The position numbers and the translations under genes were made by a program. Below the pieces are notes generated by a model that had not been told where the DNA came from, ran no database searches, and saw only the letters and a list, made by a program, of their open reading frames with translations. Shown here piece by piece: positions 43,276 to 58,970 of a stretch of DNA of 64,000 nt; position 1 is the first letter of the stretch; each line of letters starts with the position of its first letter. The stretch is from the human T2T-CHM13v2.0 reference genome, Homo sapiens: the NCBI RefSeq assembly GCF_009914755.1, contig NC_060931.1. The stretch is one strand, 5' to 3'.

Positions 43276-43639
43276 CTATATAATGACAAAAACCTAAGGC
43301 CTGATGAAGACATAAAGGGTAGAAAGGTTCTTAGCTGAGTGGGTGCCTCTGGGATGAGCAAGGAGCCGGGACACATGGCCTCTCACCTCCCCGACAGGAG
43401 CAGGGGGGTGTGACGGTGCCTCTGATCCCCCAGCTCAGGCCTGGAGAGCTGCTCCTCGCAAGAGGAAGGGCCAGGACACCTGGAGATCCAGGGAGATCCT
43501 CTCCTTACCTTCAGCTGATGCTGCGGCTTCCCAACCGGCTTCTAAAGAGCGCTGAGATTCTCTTCTTCTAGAGCAGGTGCCGCCTCCATCTCAGCAGAGG
43601 CCTATAGCTCTTGGCACTGGGTGCAGCTCTCTCAGGGCT

Positions 43640-43960
43640 CACAGCAGCTTGGATCTGTCTCTCTCCTGCCGCAGTGGAGAGCATCTTCCTCTTCCAGCGC
43701 TGCTAATGAGCAGGGAGAAGCGGGGTAAACAGGGAGCGATGAAATTCACAGATGATACTAATTTGGGAGGTGCCAGAAACACCAGCTCTAAGAGAGAATG
43801 CAAACAATCTGTGGAGGGAGAGGTTAGAAGCCCAGGCAAGAGCCAGCCACACGGGGTGGGTTGGAAATCCATGCATGTGCATGAATGCCACTGGCAGAGG
43901 AAAGAGTTGAGGCCAGTTTCTTCAGGCCTAGGAGGCACAAGGGTGGACTTCAGATTGTGG
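43640..43960 (+). mobile_element. L3/CR1 reverse-transcriptase fossil
   Basis: KFTDDTNLGG at 43742-43771 resembles the CR1 RT motif KFADDTKLGG. Confidence 0.65.
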
Positions 43961-44434
43961 CGATAATTTCCAGCAAATGAGACGGGGCTGTGCCGTGGGA
44001 AAGGCCATGCAATTTGGAGCGTTTTGCCAGCCAGGAAAGCCTGGCATGCCTACTGTTCTAGCAAAGATCTTGGTCCTACCATCATGGCAGCAAAAGTCTT
44101 CTTTTTCAAAGCTATTTCTACATCTGCTGGCATTTTCCTGGATGGCATTTAAAGAACTGAGAACAAAGATGAATAAGGACTGATGTGAGGCTCTACTTAG
44201 AGTGCCTACTCCAGGTTGGTCTAGAACAATCCTGGGTCAGTGAGTAGGGCATGGCACAGATGGCCAGCATCAACAGGTCTCATAATACAGAGAAAGGCTG
44301 AACAGGCTGGACACTCTCAGGGGAGCAGGAGGAGTGGGCAGGAGCAGAAAGACTGGTCTTGACAGGTGGGGTGGGGAGGTTGGAAGCAGCACAGATACTG
44401 ACTGGTGAGCTGCAGCAGGAGGAGGGGTGCCAGG

Positions 44435-44780
44435 TGCTATGGACGGAGCTGTGTCCCCTCCAAATGCACATGTTGAAGCCCTGACCCCACAATGGGATGG
44501 TATTTAGAGATGGGGCCTTTGAGAGGTAATGAGGGTTACATAAGGTCATTGTAGCCTCATGATGGCTTATTGGCATCATAAGAAGAGGAAGAGAAGGAGC
44601 TGTTTCTCTGTATGTGAGGACACTGGGGAAAACCAGGCATCTGCAAGCCCAGAAAGGCACCCTCACCAGGAGCCAAATCGGCTGCAGTTCCAGCCTCCAG
44701 AACTGTGAGAAATAAATGTCTGTTGTTTCAGCCACTCGGTGCATGGTACTTTGTTACGGCATCCCAAACAGACTAATACA
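44435..44780 (+). mobile_element. MLT1A-like solo LTR
   Basis: tgctatgga...gactaataca with a perfect 5-bp TSD CCAGG. Confidence 0.9.
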
Positions 44781-45291
44781 CCAGGGGTCCACAGTCAGAG
44801 GCATATGGCAGATGGAGTCACTCATACTGCAGAGGACTCGGAACATTCATTTGCAACTGCTGAAAAAACCCTATGCCTCTCATGCACACAACAAACATTT
44901 AAGAACCAACTAACCTCCAGACACTGATGACACTGCACAGAGCCCGATGCAGAGCCTTGCTCTCACGGGGCTTATATTCTAAGGACGTCATCATATGACT
45001 AGTAGTTCAATAAAGGCATCTGTGTGTGCCCTTGGGCTAACATACTTCAAATTCAATGTTTTCCTAAGACTTAAATTGATATCAGGACAAACTTTAGAAT
45101 GTTGACTCCTTCATGCCACTCCGATAAAAGCTTACTAGGTGCCAGACGTGGTACAAAGTACTTCAAATTTTTAAGTCTTATTACATCAGCCCCTTGGGGT
45201 AACCTTCTTATCCCCATTTACAGATTATGAAACAGACTTGAAGAGGTTTGAGTAACTTTCCACAGTTTACACAGCTTTCAGGTTAACATAG

Positions 45292-45601
<310 letters not shown>

Positions 45602-46109
45602 TCAAAATAAGTCCTGTTCAAACATCACAGGTACCCCATAAATATGTACAATTATGTATCAATTATGTGTACAGTTAGTATGTATCAATAATTATTATGT
45701 ATAAGTACATAAATAAGTAAGTAAAAGGTCTGACTCTCAGACTCTGCTGTAACCATGGATTCTTGGACCATTGTGTTACAGTTTTAGGTAACACTCAGCA
45801 TTCTTCCTGCAAATAAATACCTCAACTGGTCGAGAGCCACTATTCTGACGTGAAGAACTTCCCTCTGGTTTCTTTGAACTTGGTGAACTTGAGCCGTTCA
45901 CTCCCAGGCCTCCCTCCAGGTCAGATCTGTAGGTCTCAGGTGATGCCAGGGAAACTCCCCAGGTGATATGTGAGGTTTTTGTTAAATGCATAGAAGTAAC
46001 ATTTATTATTATCCTATATAGCAATTGTTTTGGCCTATACTGTTAATTTTTAATAAGTTAATAGAGTTCCCAATTCTTGTAAATTCAGAAAACAAAAATG
46101 GTTTAATCA

Positions 46110-47170
<1,061 letters not shown>

Positions 47171-47403
47171 CCATGTGATTCTGATATGCCTGGCTGAGGA
47201 CTTCTTCATTTAACACTGTTCTATTCCATGACTAGAAATTAGAAGCTTAACCTTGACCAGGCATTTGATGAGACAGGGATTCCGGTAAGAGATTATGAAG
47301 ACATCACTAAAAAACCATGTCCCTGCTAGCCTGAAGTTGGATCCCTAATGATGGAAAGAGAATAGGAGTGAGAGAGGGAGAGCACCTCTTTGTTGAATGC
47401 AGA

Positions 47404-47960
47404 TGTATCAGTTAGGAGGTTTCAGCTAACAATAACAGCAAACCCAATCCAACATAAGAAAAAGAAAAAATGTATTGCCTCTTGTAATAAGAAGTCTAAT
47501 AGTAGAACAGTTTTAACTGATTAATTCAGCAGCTCAACAATACAAAAAAAAAAAACCCATAGATTCTTCCCATCCCCCATGCCTCAGTTTCTGTACTCAG
47601 ACCTGTCACTCCATGTTCACAAGGTGGTCACCAAAGCTCCAGGTCTTGTACACTCACACATCAAAGGCCATCAGGGGAAACACAACCTGGCATCACTAGT
47701 GCCCCCTTTTAACTTTCCCAGAAGCACTCAGCAGACTTTCTTCACAAGTCATTGGCTAGAATCATGTCACATGCCCACTCCTGAGCCAATCACTGGCAAG
47801 GGAAGTTGAATTACTATGATTGGCTTAAGTTAACCAGGATTCATCCCTGGGTCTGGGAAGGGGATCTCCTTTCCCCTGAAACACTTGTCCATCTGCTACT
47901 TGGACAAACTCAAGGTCTGTCACTAAGGAAGGCATTAACGCTTGGATAAGCCACAGCGAA
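47404..47960 (-). mobile_element. Old MLT1 (MLT1J/K-like) LTR
   Basis: tcattggctagaatcatgtcacatgcccactcctgagccaatcactggcaaggg. Confidence 0.65.
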
Positions 47961-48336
47961 CATTATTTACTACTGTCTAGGGCAAGAGATTATGGAAAAA
48001 GAACTGGAAGAGACTTGACCCTTTTATACCACTCTCTACAGATTTATAGCGATCTTCCTGAAGGATATTACAGACTGCCTATAACCTTCAAAGTGCCTAG
48101 TAATCCTCACTTTAAGGACATTACTAATGTGGCTTTAAGATGTCTATAAAACCAAGAATTGACCCAAGTTCTCCTGGCTCTAAAAGGCTGTCTGGGCCAA
48201 ATTGATGGTATCCAAGGGCTGGTAAGATCAGGTGGATGGGGGGGGGGGAGTCCATGAACCTTAGACTTTAAGCCCAGATGACACAAACATGTGATGAGTG
48301 AGTAGGGTGTCATAAAGTCAAGAGGAAGAGGAGTCA

Positions 48337-48761
<425 letters not shown>

Positions 48762-49769
48762 TCAAGAGAGTACGTGTAGAGTTCTCGAAGTTTGATTTTC
48801 TCTTTTCTGCAGTTGTTTATTTTTAATCTACTAGCAACAGGAAGAGGGTGCTCAGCAAAGGCAGGCTCAAAGGCTGAGCTGGTGACTTTGCATGGAGCCC
48901 CACCCATCTGCTTTGTATCTGCATTCATGAGCAGCTCCAGCTCCAAAGCCAATGTACCAGTAACAAATCTCCACTGAATGGGGCCTGAAAGTTCCAGACC
49001 GACAGTCACTTTCCTTCCAAACTCTTTTTGCCTCAGAAGACCTTGAAAACCCAGCAACCACATGGACTTGGAGTTTTATTTAGAATGGCTGGGCTCTGTG
49101 CCCTGCACCCTGGTGGCCCACCTGGGGCCTGCTGAGTGGTTGCACCTGGGACCTTCCGGAGGCAGAAGCAGTGCACGCGCACACAGCCTGGCTGTGTCTC
49201 CCCCTCTACCACTTCCTGGGTGGCAGGCCGAGCGGGGGAACACCATGGAGTTAGGCAGATGTCTTGGAGCTCAGGGAAAGCAAAAAAGGAAGTGGGGAAT
49301 TTGCCTGACAGACCCCAGTGAGCAAAATTAGCATCAGCCACAGGCAGGAGGTTCTCCAGTTATTTTTCCTCTGCTCAAAATCTCAGTAACTTTGCACAGA
49401 CAAGATATTTTGTGCTACTGCACCCAGTACACGAGAGAAAGCCGACGAAAATGATGGGGCTTTTATTCCTTCATTCAACTCAACATTTATTGAAGGCTTG
49501 TCCTGGACAAATGCACTGTACCGGACACCGTGGGGATGGGGGGAACTTGGAGGTTTATAACAAGGGTTGTCCTAAAGATCTAGTGTCAAGGTGGGGCTTG
49601 GATAGAGAGGAGCTCATGCAACAGTTAAGAGCCAGACTTCTAGGGAGGGCAGATTGCGTTGTTTACGCACTGTATGACCCTTAGCAGGTTATTTAATCCC
49701 TCCAAGCCTCAGTTTTCTTACCTGCAAAATAAGAATAATAAAAATACCTAATTTATAGGATTATTGCAC

Positions 49770-50609
49770 TTTTTTTTTTTTTTTTTTTTTAGATGGAGTC
49801 TCACTCTGTCACCCAGGCTGGAGTGCAGTAGCGTAATTTTGGCTCACTGCAACCTCCATTTCCCGGGTTGAAGCAATTCTCCTGCCTCAGTCTCCCAAGT
49901 AGCTGGGATTACAGGTGCACACCACCATGCCTGGCTAATGTTTGTATTTTTAGTAGAGACAGGGTTTTGCCATGTTGGCCAGGCTGATCTCGAACTCTTG
50001 ACCTCAAGTGATCCACCTGCCTCGGCCTCCCAAAGTTCTGGGATTACAGGCGTGAGCCACCATGCCTGGCTAATTTTTGTATTTTTAGTACAGACAGGGT
50101 TTTGCCATGTTGGTGAGGCTGATCTCGAACTCTTGACCTCAAGTGATCCACCTGCCTTGGCCTCCCAAAGTGCTGGGATTACAGGCGTGAGCCACCATGC
50201 CTGGCTAATTTTTGTATTTTTAGTAGAGACAGGGTTTTGCCATGTTGGTCAGGCTGATCTCGAACTCTTGACCTCAAGTGATCCACCTGCCTCGGCCTCC
50301 CAAAGTACTGGGATTACAGGCGTGAGCCACCGTGCCTGGCTAATGTTTGTATTTTTAGTAGAGACAGGGTTTTGCCATGTTGGCCAGGCTGATCTCGAAC
50401 TCTTGACCTCAAGTGATCCACCTGCCTCGGCCTCCCAAAGTGCTGGGATTACAGGCGTGAGCCACCGTGCCTGGCTAATTTTTGTATTTTTAGTAGAGAC
50501 AGGGTTTTGCCATGTTGGTCAGGCTGATCTCGAACTCTTGACCTCAAGTGATCCACCTGCCTCGGCCTCCCAAAGTGCTGGGATTACAGGCGTGAGCCAC
50601 CGTGCCCAG
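49770..50609 (-). mobile_element. AluS with the left arm tandemly amplified 5x, inserted in a MIR
   Basis: Poly-T tail and one right arm, followed by five 135-bp left-arm units. Confidence 0.95.
49931..50605 (+). repeat. 135-bp minisatellite, 5 copies (Alu left arm plus linker)
   Basis: ctggctaat recurs at 49931, 50066, 50201, 50336 and 50471. Confidence 0.97.
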
Positions 50610-50739
50610 ATGGCAACAGGAGATATTGAGATGCTTAACACAGTGGCTGGCACAGAATAGCCCTCACCAAATGTCAGTTTCAGGTAGGTATTATCAAGGG
50701 AGTGGAAATGACTTTGTCATAGGAATAACCCTGAACCTG

Positions 50740-53640
50740 TTTGAATTTATTTTGAATCCTTTTTATTCCGAAGTATAAAATACAGTGAAGTACAGAAAAC
50801 AAATGTACAGATAATGAATTCTCATAAATGAAATACACCCATTCACCACTCAGGCAAAGAGACAGAATAGTAGCAAGACCCTAGAAATCCCATTAGTGTC
50901 CCCTTCCAATCAGGACACCCTCCAACCCCAAGAAAGGTAACTGCCGTCCATATATGGTAACACTTCTTTACTTCTCATAAGTTTTACTGCATAAGCATCC
51001 ATCTCTAAAAACTATCCTTTTTCTGCCTTAAAAAATTTATATGAATGCAATTACACAATATTCATTCTTTAGTATTTGACTTCTTTGGCTCAACACTGTA
51101 AGAATCATCTGTGTTTTTATGTGTAGCCATAAATCAGTCATCCGTATGATTGCATCATATTCCAGATGCCTAAATATATTTAATCAGTTTTACTATGATG
51201 CACATTTGGTTGTTTTTACTCTGTAGCTAGTATGAATAATGCTACTGAACACTAAGTATGTACCTAGAAATGGTATTGCTGAGTCATAAGTTATGTATAG
51301 ATTCGGCTTTCATAGAAAATGTCAAATCATTTTCCAAATTGGCTGTACCAATTTATAATCTTACCAGCAATGTATTAGAAGCTAGTTGCTTCATATCCTT
51401 GTCAACGCTATTTTCCATCTTTTACATTTTTGCCACGTCACAGGACAAATGGTAGCATCTCGTTGTGAATTTAATTTGCATTTCCCTAATTAGCAGTTCC
51501 ATGGAGTACATTTCATAAGCTTATTGGTCATTTACGTTTTTTTGTGTGAAGTGCTTATTTCAGTCTCTTGCCCATTCTTCTATTCAGCTGTCTTTTTCTT
51601 ACTGGTTTATAGGCCTTTTTTATATATTCTGGATATGACCTTTTGTTGGCTGTTTCACAAATATCTTCGTCTTAAGGCTTGCCTTTTCATTCTCTTCATA
51701 ATGTCCTGATGAACAAAAATTCTCCATTTTAAAGGAATACAATTTATCAGCATTTTCCCTTATGGGTAGTGTTTTTTCGTATGCTGTTTAAGAAACAGTT
51801 CCTTACACTGAGGTTATGGAGCTATTCTTCTATACTATATTCTAGAAGTTTTGGTGTTTACTCATTTAAATGATACTCCAATTGAAATTGACTTTCAAGT
51901 ATGGAGTAAGAGAGGGTCCAGTTTTCCTCTTTTTCCATGGGGACATCTAACTGAGCTGGCACCATTTTTTTTAAAGACCATTCTCTCCCCTCTGACCTGA
52001 AGCACAAACTTCATCATAAATCAACCAACCACATATGCATGGGTCAGTTTCTGAACTCTCTATTCTGTCCCATCCATCAATTCCATATCATTTCACTCTT
52101 TTAATTGTGGTAACTTATTATAATGACTCTAGTAGAGCAAGCCTTCGCATCTAGCTCTTTAAGAATGTCATAGCATTCAATTCATTTTTTAAAGTAAACT
52201 TCTTTTACCTTTGCTGCTTTTTAAAACATGTAATTCTTTTTTTATCTTGAAATGCTTTTAAACTTACAGAAAAGTTTCAAGAATAGTACAAACTTTTCTT
52301 CCTGAACCATTTGACAGTGAATTGCCAAAATGATACCCCATCAGCCCCAAATACCCCAAACAAGAACAATCTCCTCTATAACAACCATACAATCCTCAAA
52401 ATAAGCAAATAAATAACATTGCTATATTACTATCATCGAGTCTACAGACACTGTTCACGTTCTGGCAATTGTCCCAGTGATGTCTTTGATAGCAAAAAGG
52501 ATCCAGTCCAGGATCACGTATTGTATTTCATTGTGTCTCTTTAGTTTTCTTCAATTTGGACCAGTTCTTTGAGACTTTTTCCCGTGACTTTCATGATTTT
52601 GACACTTCAGAAGTTACAGACCAGCTATTTTGTAGACTGGGCCTCCCTCAGGCATGTCTGATGTTTTCCTCATGATTAGATTCATGCTATCCTTTTGGTG
52701 GGACAGTCTCAGAAGCACCGCTGCTGTGTTCTCACTGCATCCTATCACATTTTGATGTGGCCCATTCCTGGTCATGTTAATGTTGATCACTTGATTTAGG
52801 TGGTGTCTGTCAGGTTTCTTCTTTGTAAGAATTTACTCTGTTTAGTTTTGTAGTTCATGAGTTGGAAGGGAATTTAACATGTAAACATCCATCCTGTTCC
52901 TCAGAAGAGTAGCCCCCTAGTTTTAACATGCAATTGATGTTTCTTGGCTGAATTATTACTATGGTGGTTGTCAAATAATAATTTCATAAATATATCACTC
53001 CTTTAACATTTATTAGTTTGCATTCTATACTAAGGGAAAGATTTCTCCTTTCTCCTTTTATTTATTCATTATTTATTATATTAGCATTGACCCATGATAT
53101 CAGTTTGGACCATTCCTTTGTTACTCAGTGGGTTAAATCTGCCCAAGTTGGGGCCAGTGATAGCCCCTTCAAGATGGCACTGCCCTTTCGGTATGTTCCC
53201 ATCTTGTATTTTTTCCTGCCTAGGGCTTAGCCATTTCTTCAAGAAGCTATGGTTCCTTTCTAGTGAAAGATGGTGTTTAGATCAAAGATCTGGGCATATG
53301 GTGAGCTCTTTGCTATTAGAATGCTGTTGCTCCCAGCTCCTCTCGATGACGGATCTAAGGAATATCTGAATGAATGTACATTCATACATACATATGTGCA
53401 TAATATATGAGTATGAATAGATACATATAAATGTGCATGCATTTTTATATATATTTATATATCCTTTATATATACTGAAATAAATATATATATATTTGTT
53501 TCAGTATCTAGCTATCACCACAATTTCACTTCAATATCTCCAATTCCAAACCAATGCTACAGAGGTCATTTTAATTTCTCCCTTTCCGTATTTGTAACTT
53601 CCTTATCTGACAATCAGAAAACTGGCTCTCATTATCCTCA
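50740..53640 (-). mobile_element. Old L1 3' regions (L1ME/L1MC-like, probably two elements)
   Basis: Antisense L1 motifs; a second 3' end begins at ~52230 (ttaaaacttacagaaaagtttcaagaatagtacaaa). Confidence 0.75.
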
Positions 53641-54293
53641 ATATGTTTATTATTAGATCAGTGTCCTCTGCATGTCATTACTCTTCCACTTCTAGAGCCA
53701 CCCTTCTTTCCCCAGCCAACACAACCACCCTCCTCCCATCACTCAGGTTCTCGCACCACGAATGGACACCCTTCTCTTCCTGCTCAGGCTCAGGCATCCC
53801 AGTCTTGGCCGCCACCCCCCTCATCCCCTGCGTGGGGGACTACCTTGCTTGGCTCTACCTAAGGGCTTTTGGACTGAGTTATTCAGGAAGGAAGAAAGGC
53901 AGTGAGAAAAGGAAGGCACTCAGCTACTTTTAATTATTGCTAGCAAACATTAACTTGGGACATGCCACATGGCTGATCAGAAAATGGAAGCCATCAGAAG
54001 AGAATGACCTCATCCTCTCAGGACCATCCACCAGCCTGCCTGCATTTATGCTCATAAACTCAACTTTTCTTCTATTTACAATGGATAAACTCTCCCTGCT
54101 CTGTTTAAGCCTAGATCCCAGCCAGTTAGCCTACTCAAGGACTTTCAACTGAACTTATCCTCTTTTTCTGCTTTTTTCCATATAAAATGGACTGTATCTT
54201 CAATCTTAAAAAGAAATCTCCTGAGGAGCCCACATTTCTTCTACCTACTTCCCTCTCTACTCGCCCTTTAAGCAAAACTTCTTTAAAATGCTG

Positions 54294-54595
<302 letters not shown>

Positions 54596-55421
54596 TCATT
54601 CTTTCTTCAACCCCATTCTGACCAGGCTTTCATTCTCCCCAGTCACCACCTGCCCATCAAGTGACTTTCATGTTGCCAAGTTCACTGGCTAATTCTGCGG
54701 TCATCTTTCTCAACCCATCAGTAGCACTTAGTACAGCTGGCCATTCCTCCTTTCTTGAAATGCTCCCTTCCCTTGGTCTCCATGTCTGAGTCGGTTTGTC
54801 TCTCACCTCAGTGGCCATTCTCTCACATTCCTCTTGGCCAGCTCCCTTCCCTCTTCCCCAGCTTCCCAGTGTTAGAGAGCTGTAGCTGTCCCAGCCCTCT
54901 CCTCTTTACAAACTCATCCCATAGGCAAGCACATCCAAGGCCAGTGCCAAGGCTCCATGCCATCTTGACAACGAGGACCTGAAATCTTCTCTCTAGCCCC
55001 AGACATATATCCAAAGGCCTGCATAGCCATCTCTACTAGGGGTCATAAATTATATATTCAGCTTAACATGATCAAAACGGAACCTCTGCTTCCTGCCCAC
55101 ACCCCTCCCACTATCGCAGATGTTAAGTGTCTCCATCTCAATAAACGGCACCACCATTCAGTAGTTGCTCAGGCAAATCTTCGGGTCCTTACATTTTATT
55201 CCTCTCTCCCCCCACATCTAATACAGTAGGCTGTCTTGTTGGGTCTATCTAATGTCTACGGGTCTCCTAAATCTGACTTCTCACTTTTTCCATGCTATCA
55301 CTCTAGTCTGGGTTGCCACTTCCTGCTTCGATCGTTAATGTAATAGCCTAATATTCGCCTTGCTTCCACTTTGCCCATACTTTGGATAGTTCTTTAGTTC
55401 TTTACACGGCAACAAGAGTGT

Positions 55422-55718
55422 TTTTTTGTTTGGTTGGTTGGATATTTTGAGACTGAGTTTTGCTGTCACCCAGGCTAGAATGCAGTGGTGCCATCATACC
55501 TCACTACAGTCTGGACCTTCTGGGCTCAAGCAATCCTCCAGCCTCAGCCTCCCGAGTAGCTGAACTACAGGTGTGTGCCACTACACCTGGTTAATTTTTT
55601 TATTTAAAATTTTTTTTTAGAGATTGGGTCTCACTATGTTGGCCAGGCTGGCCTCAAATGATCCTCCCGCCTTGGCCTCCCAAAGCACTACTACAGGCAT
55701 GAGCCACTGCACCCAGCC
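55422..55718 (-). mobile_element. AluJ
   Basis: Antisense dimeric Alu; TSD agagtg. Confidence 0.9.
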
Positions 55719-56026
55719 TAGAGTGGTCTTTTATAAATGTAAATCAGATTGACGGCCTGGCAGAAAACCCTCCAATAGTTTTTCATTGCACTCATAATAA
55801 AACTCAAATCATTATCATGGACAAAAATGTCCTGCCTTGTTCTGGCTCTGGTTTACCTCCGTCAACCCACATCCCAGAGCAATGTGCCTTTTTCACTCTG
55901 CTGGGGCCATGAGGACCTCCTTGCTGCTTCCCTAACCCATCAAACTTCAAGCTTCTGCCCCAGGACCTTTGTGCTTACTGCTCTCCAATCTGGAATGCAC
56001 TTCACTTGGTCCTTTTTTGTCTCCCA

Positions 56027-56188
56027 TTTTAAAGATGGTATCTCCCTATGTTGCCCCATCTGGAGTGCAGTGGTTGTTCACAGGCACGATCGCAGTGCAC
56101 TGCAGCCTCGAACTCCCCAGCTCAAGCAATCCTCCCATCTCAGCTCCCTGAGTAGCTGGGAGTACAGGCACATGACACCATACCTGGT
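56027..56188 (-). mobile_element. FAM (fossil Alu monomer, 7SL-like)
   Basis: Retains the 7SL/FAM-specific segment (antisense gcagtggttgttcacaggcacgatc, compare cctgtgaatagccactgc). Confidence 0.8.
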
Positions 56189-58606
56189 TTCCAGTTCTCT
56201 CACCACATTCAAGAATCTACTCAGATGTGACCACCTTATAGCTGTTTTCACCACCTAATTTAAAATAGCACAGCACCTCCACAAACCTCTATTCCCCCTC
56301 CCTGAGCGCTCCATTCCTTTACCCATTCATACCTCACGCATCACTCATCACTACCTGACATCATATGGTTATGGTTTCCTCCCACCAGAATGTAAACCCC
56401 ACGAGGCCTGGACCTTGTCTGTCCTGTTCACCACAATATCCCTGACACCTGGAACAGTACCTGGTGCACAGAGGCTATGCTGAATTCAGGCAATGATTCA
56501 GGCAATGCCAGTGTGACATGGTACTGTGGCTAACAGTACCTTCTCCGGGGAACCAGAGAAGGCAGGAGTGATGAACTAAGTGGTCCATGCTGAGCCACAG
56601 GTGATGAACAAGCTTCTCCTTTAATGAGGAAGTTGAAAGTGGTTATAAAAACTCAGGACAATAAACTTCTGATGTTCCTGAAACATCATCACCTTAGTGG
56701 TGATTCATAACCCCTCTTCTGCTTCTAAAATATAACATCTTTCTAACTTCACTGATAAACTCATTTCCAATAGAAGAAAAACACCTTCTGCCTTAGTCAC
56801 TGATACTTCTAAGTTCTGTGTTAAGCACCTGAGGGTGAGGAGTGTGGGCTCTTTTATTTTGGGTTCACATTTAACATGCAGCTGCTGCAAAGGCATTTTA
56901 AGAACACGGAGGTGACTGAAAATAAACTCCTGCCAGCAGGTTACCCGACATCCTATTCACCCTCTGCTGAAGTGGAGTTCCCAGCCCCTGCTCTGCAGCC
57001 TGCCTTCCAAGCTTGAAATAAAACAACAATGCCACTTCAACTGGAGGTTGAATACTGTTTTCAATGACTTCATGGTCATGCTTCTGAGACCGGGATGCAC
57101 ATTACCTTAGGGAGATGCAAAGCCAAGCTAAAATGTGCAGGCTGGCATGGTGTTGCTGGTTTGATGCTGACTGAGAAACACGGCTTGTGGCTATGAAGTG
57201 AAGAAAATGGTTTTACCCTCATCCCTTGGACTGCACAGGCAGCAGATAATAGGCAGTTGGCCCAAGTCATCGGGCCCTCGACTTCGATTTTATATATTTG
57301 CAAGGAGGGGCAGAGAGAGAGAATGAACAGAGGCTTTCAATCTGTGCTGTGGGCAGTGAGGAGGGCAGACCTGACAGGGAAGGGGAGTCCGCAGGAGGCT
57401 CCCCAAGTATGAGCCACTTGGACTCCAGACCTGGCAGGCTGCTCTGTGCTGGGGCAAGTCTGGGAAGAAAGGCACACAGCTAAGCAGAGTGGTACCCTGC
57501 AACTGACCACTGACCTCCGGCTTCCATGTTTGCATTTCAAAGCCATGATATATAAATGTAATTTACTTTGAAGGCAAGCTTATGTTCGAAGCAGACTGGC
57601 CTCTCAACAAAGGGACAGTGACCACTGCCTGCCTGATAAGCCTCCTCCCAGGAGAGAGACTATCTGCCAGGGAGTGGGGGGCAGAGAGGTAGGTAAGTAA
57701 AGTCTTTCTGCATGGGAAAGCCTTTGAAGAGTATAGAGGCCTCACCTAATCCAAATCACTGCAAGAGTTTTGAAGTACTCTATTAAATTGAAGCAAAGCT
57801 GTTTGCCACAGAATTGACTTGGTTTGAGGAGTTGCAGGGAATGAAATGGTTTCAGTTTCCAACTTCCTTAACTGAAAAGCATCAATATGATGACCATATT
57901 TTCGGAATCCAAAGTGGATTTAACATAGGCTTGTCCCCTGAAATACAAGGGCATATTATCATGATCTAGAGACCATGAATCTATTTGGAAGGGTAGGAAA
58001 AGTGGAAGATACCTTTGATTTGGGTAATTTTTGCTTTCTCCCCATAAACTAAAGCAATTCAACTCTTCTTAGGGGCTCTGCCAGCAATATTGAGGCTGGA
58101 GGGACCAGAGGAGAGAGAGCACAACATGAAATATAAAATTCCATCATCTCCATTCAAACATCAGCCTGGAGGTAGGAGAATGAATTAGGCGGTTGGTCGT
58201 TTTTCTCCCAAAGCCAGGATCCAATGACTCTGGGCTTTGGAAGGTAATGGAATTGAAAGCTCCGGAAGCTGTCTGGTGCTTTGGCTAAAATTCCTAGCAT
58301 AAGGAACCTTTTTGGGTGAGGAAGATGACTCTCATTCCGGGTACGGGGGAACAAATCTACTTTGTCTTTTGTTTACCAATCTGATCCTCCATCATGGATA
58401 AAGCAGTGCTATCCAGGAGTAGCAGAGCTCGCCCAGGGAGATGGGCAGGACCAGCCTCCCAATACCCAAGGGGGGCCTTGAAGTTTCCCATTACAGAGCT
58501 TGAAAAATCACCAACCACTCCAGTCTCCCTGGGTCATGCGCAGGCTAGGGATGATTGTAAAACAGATATAGCTCTGACTCACCTGCAGTGGAATAATTAA
58601 AAGTGA

Positions 58607-58970
<364 letters not shown>

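Noticed and set aside
43577-43966. 129-aa ORF with an RT-like FTDD motif
   Set aside because: A short decayed L3/CR1 fossil, not an intact reverse transcriptase.
49931-50605. CRISPR-like array
   Set aside because: Units are contiguous with no unique spacers, the sequence is Alu, and no cas genes are present.
49938-50660. 240-aa repeat ORF as a genuine protein-coding gene
   Set aside because: It is antisense Alu translation kept open only because the unit is 135 bp. No promoter, splice or homology support.
56484-56507. 12-bp tandem duplication attcaggcaatg x2
   Set aside because: A common slippage product with no functional hint.
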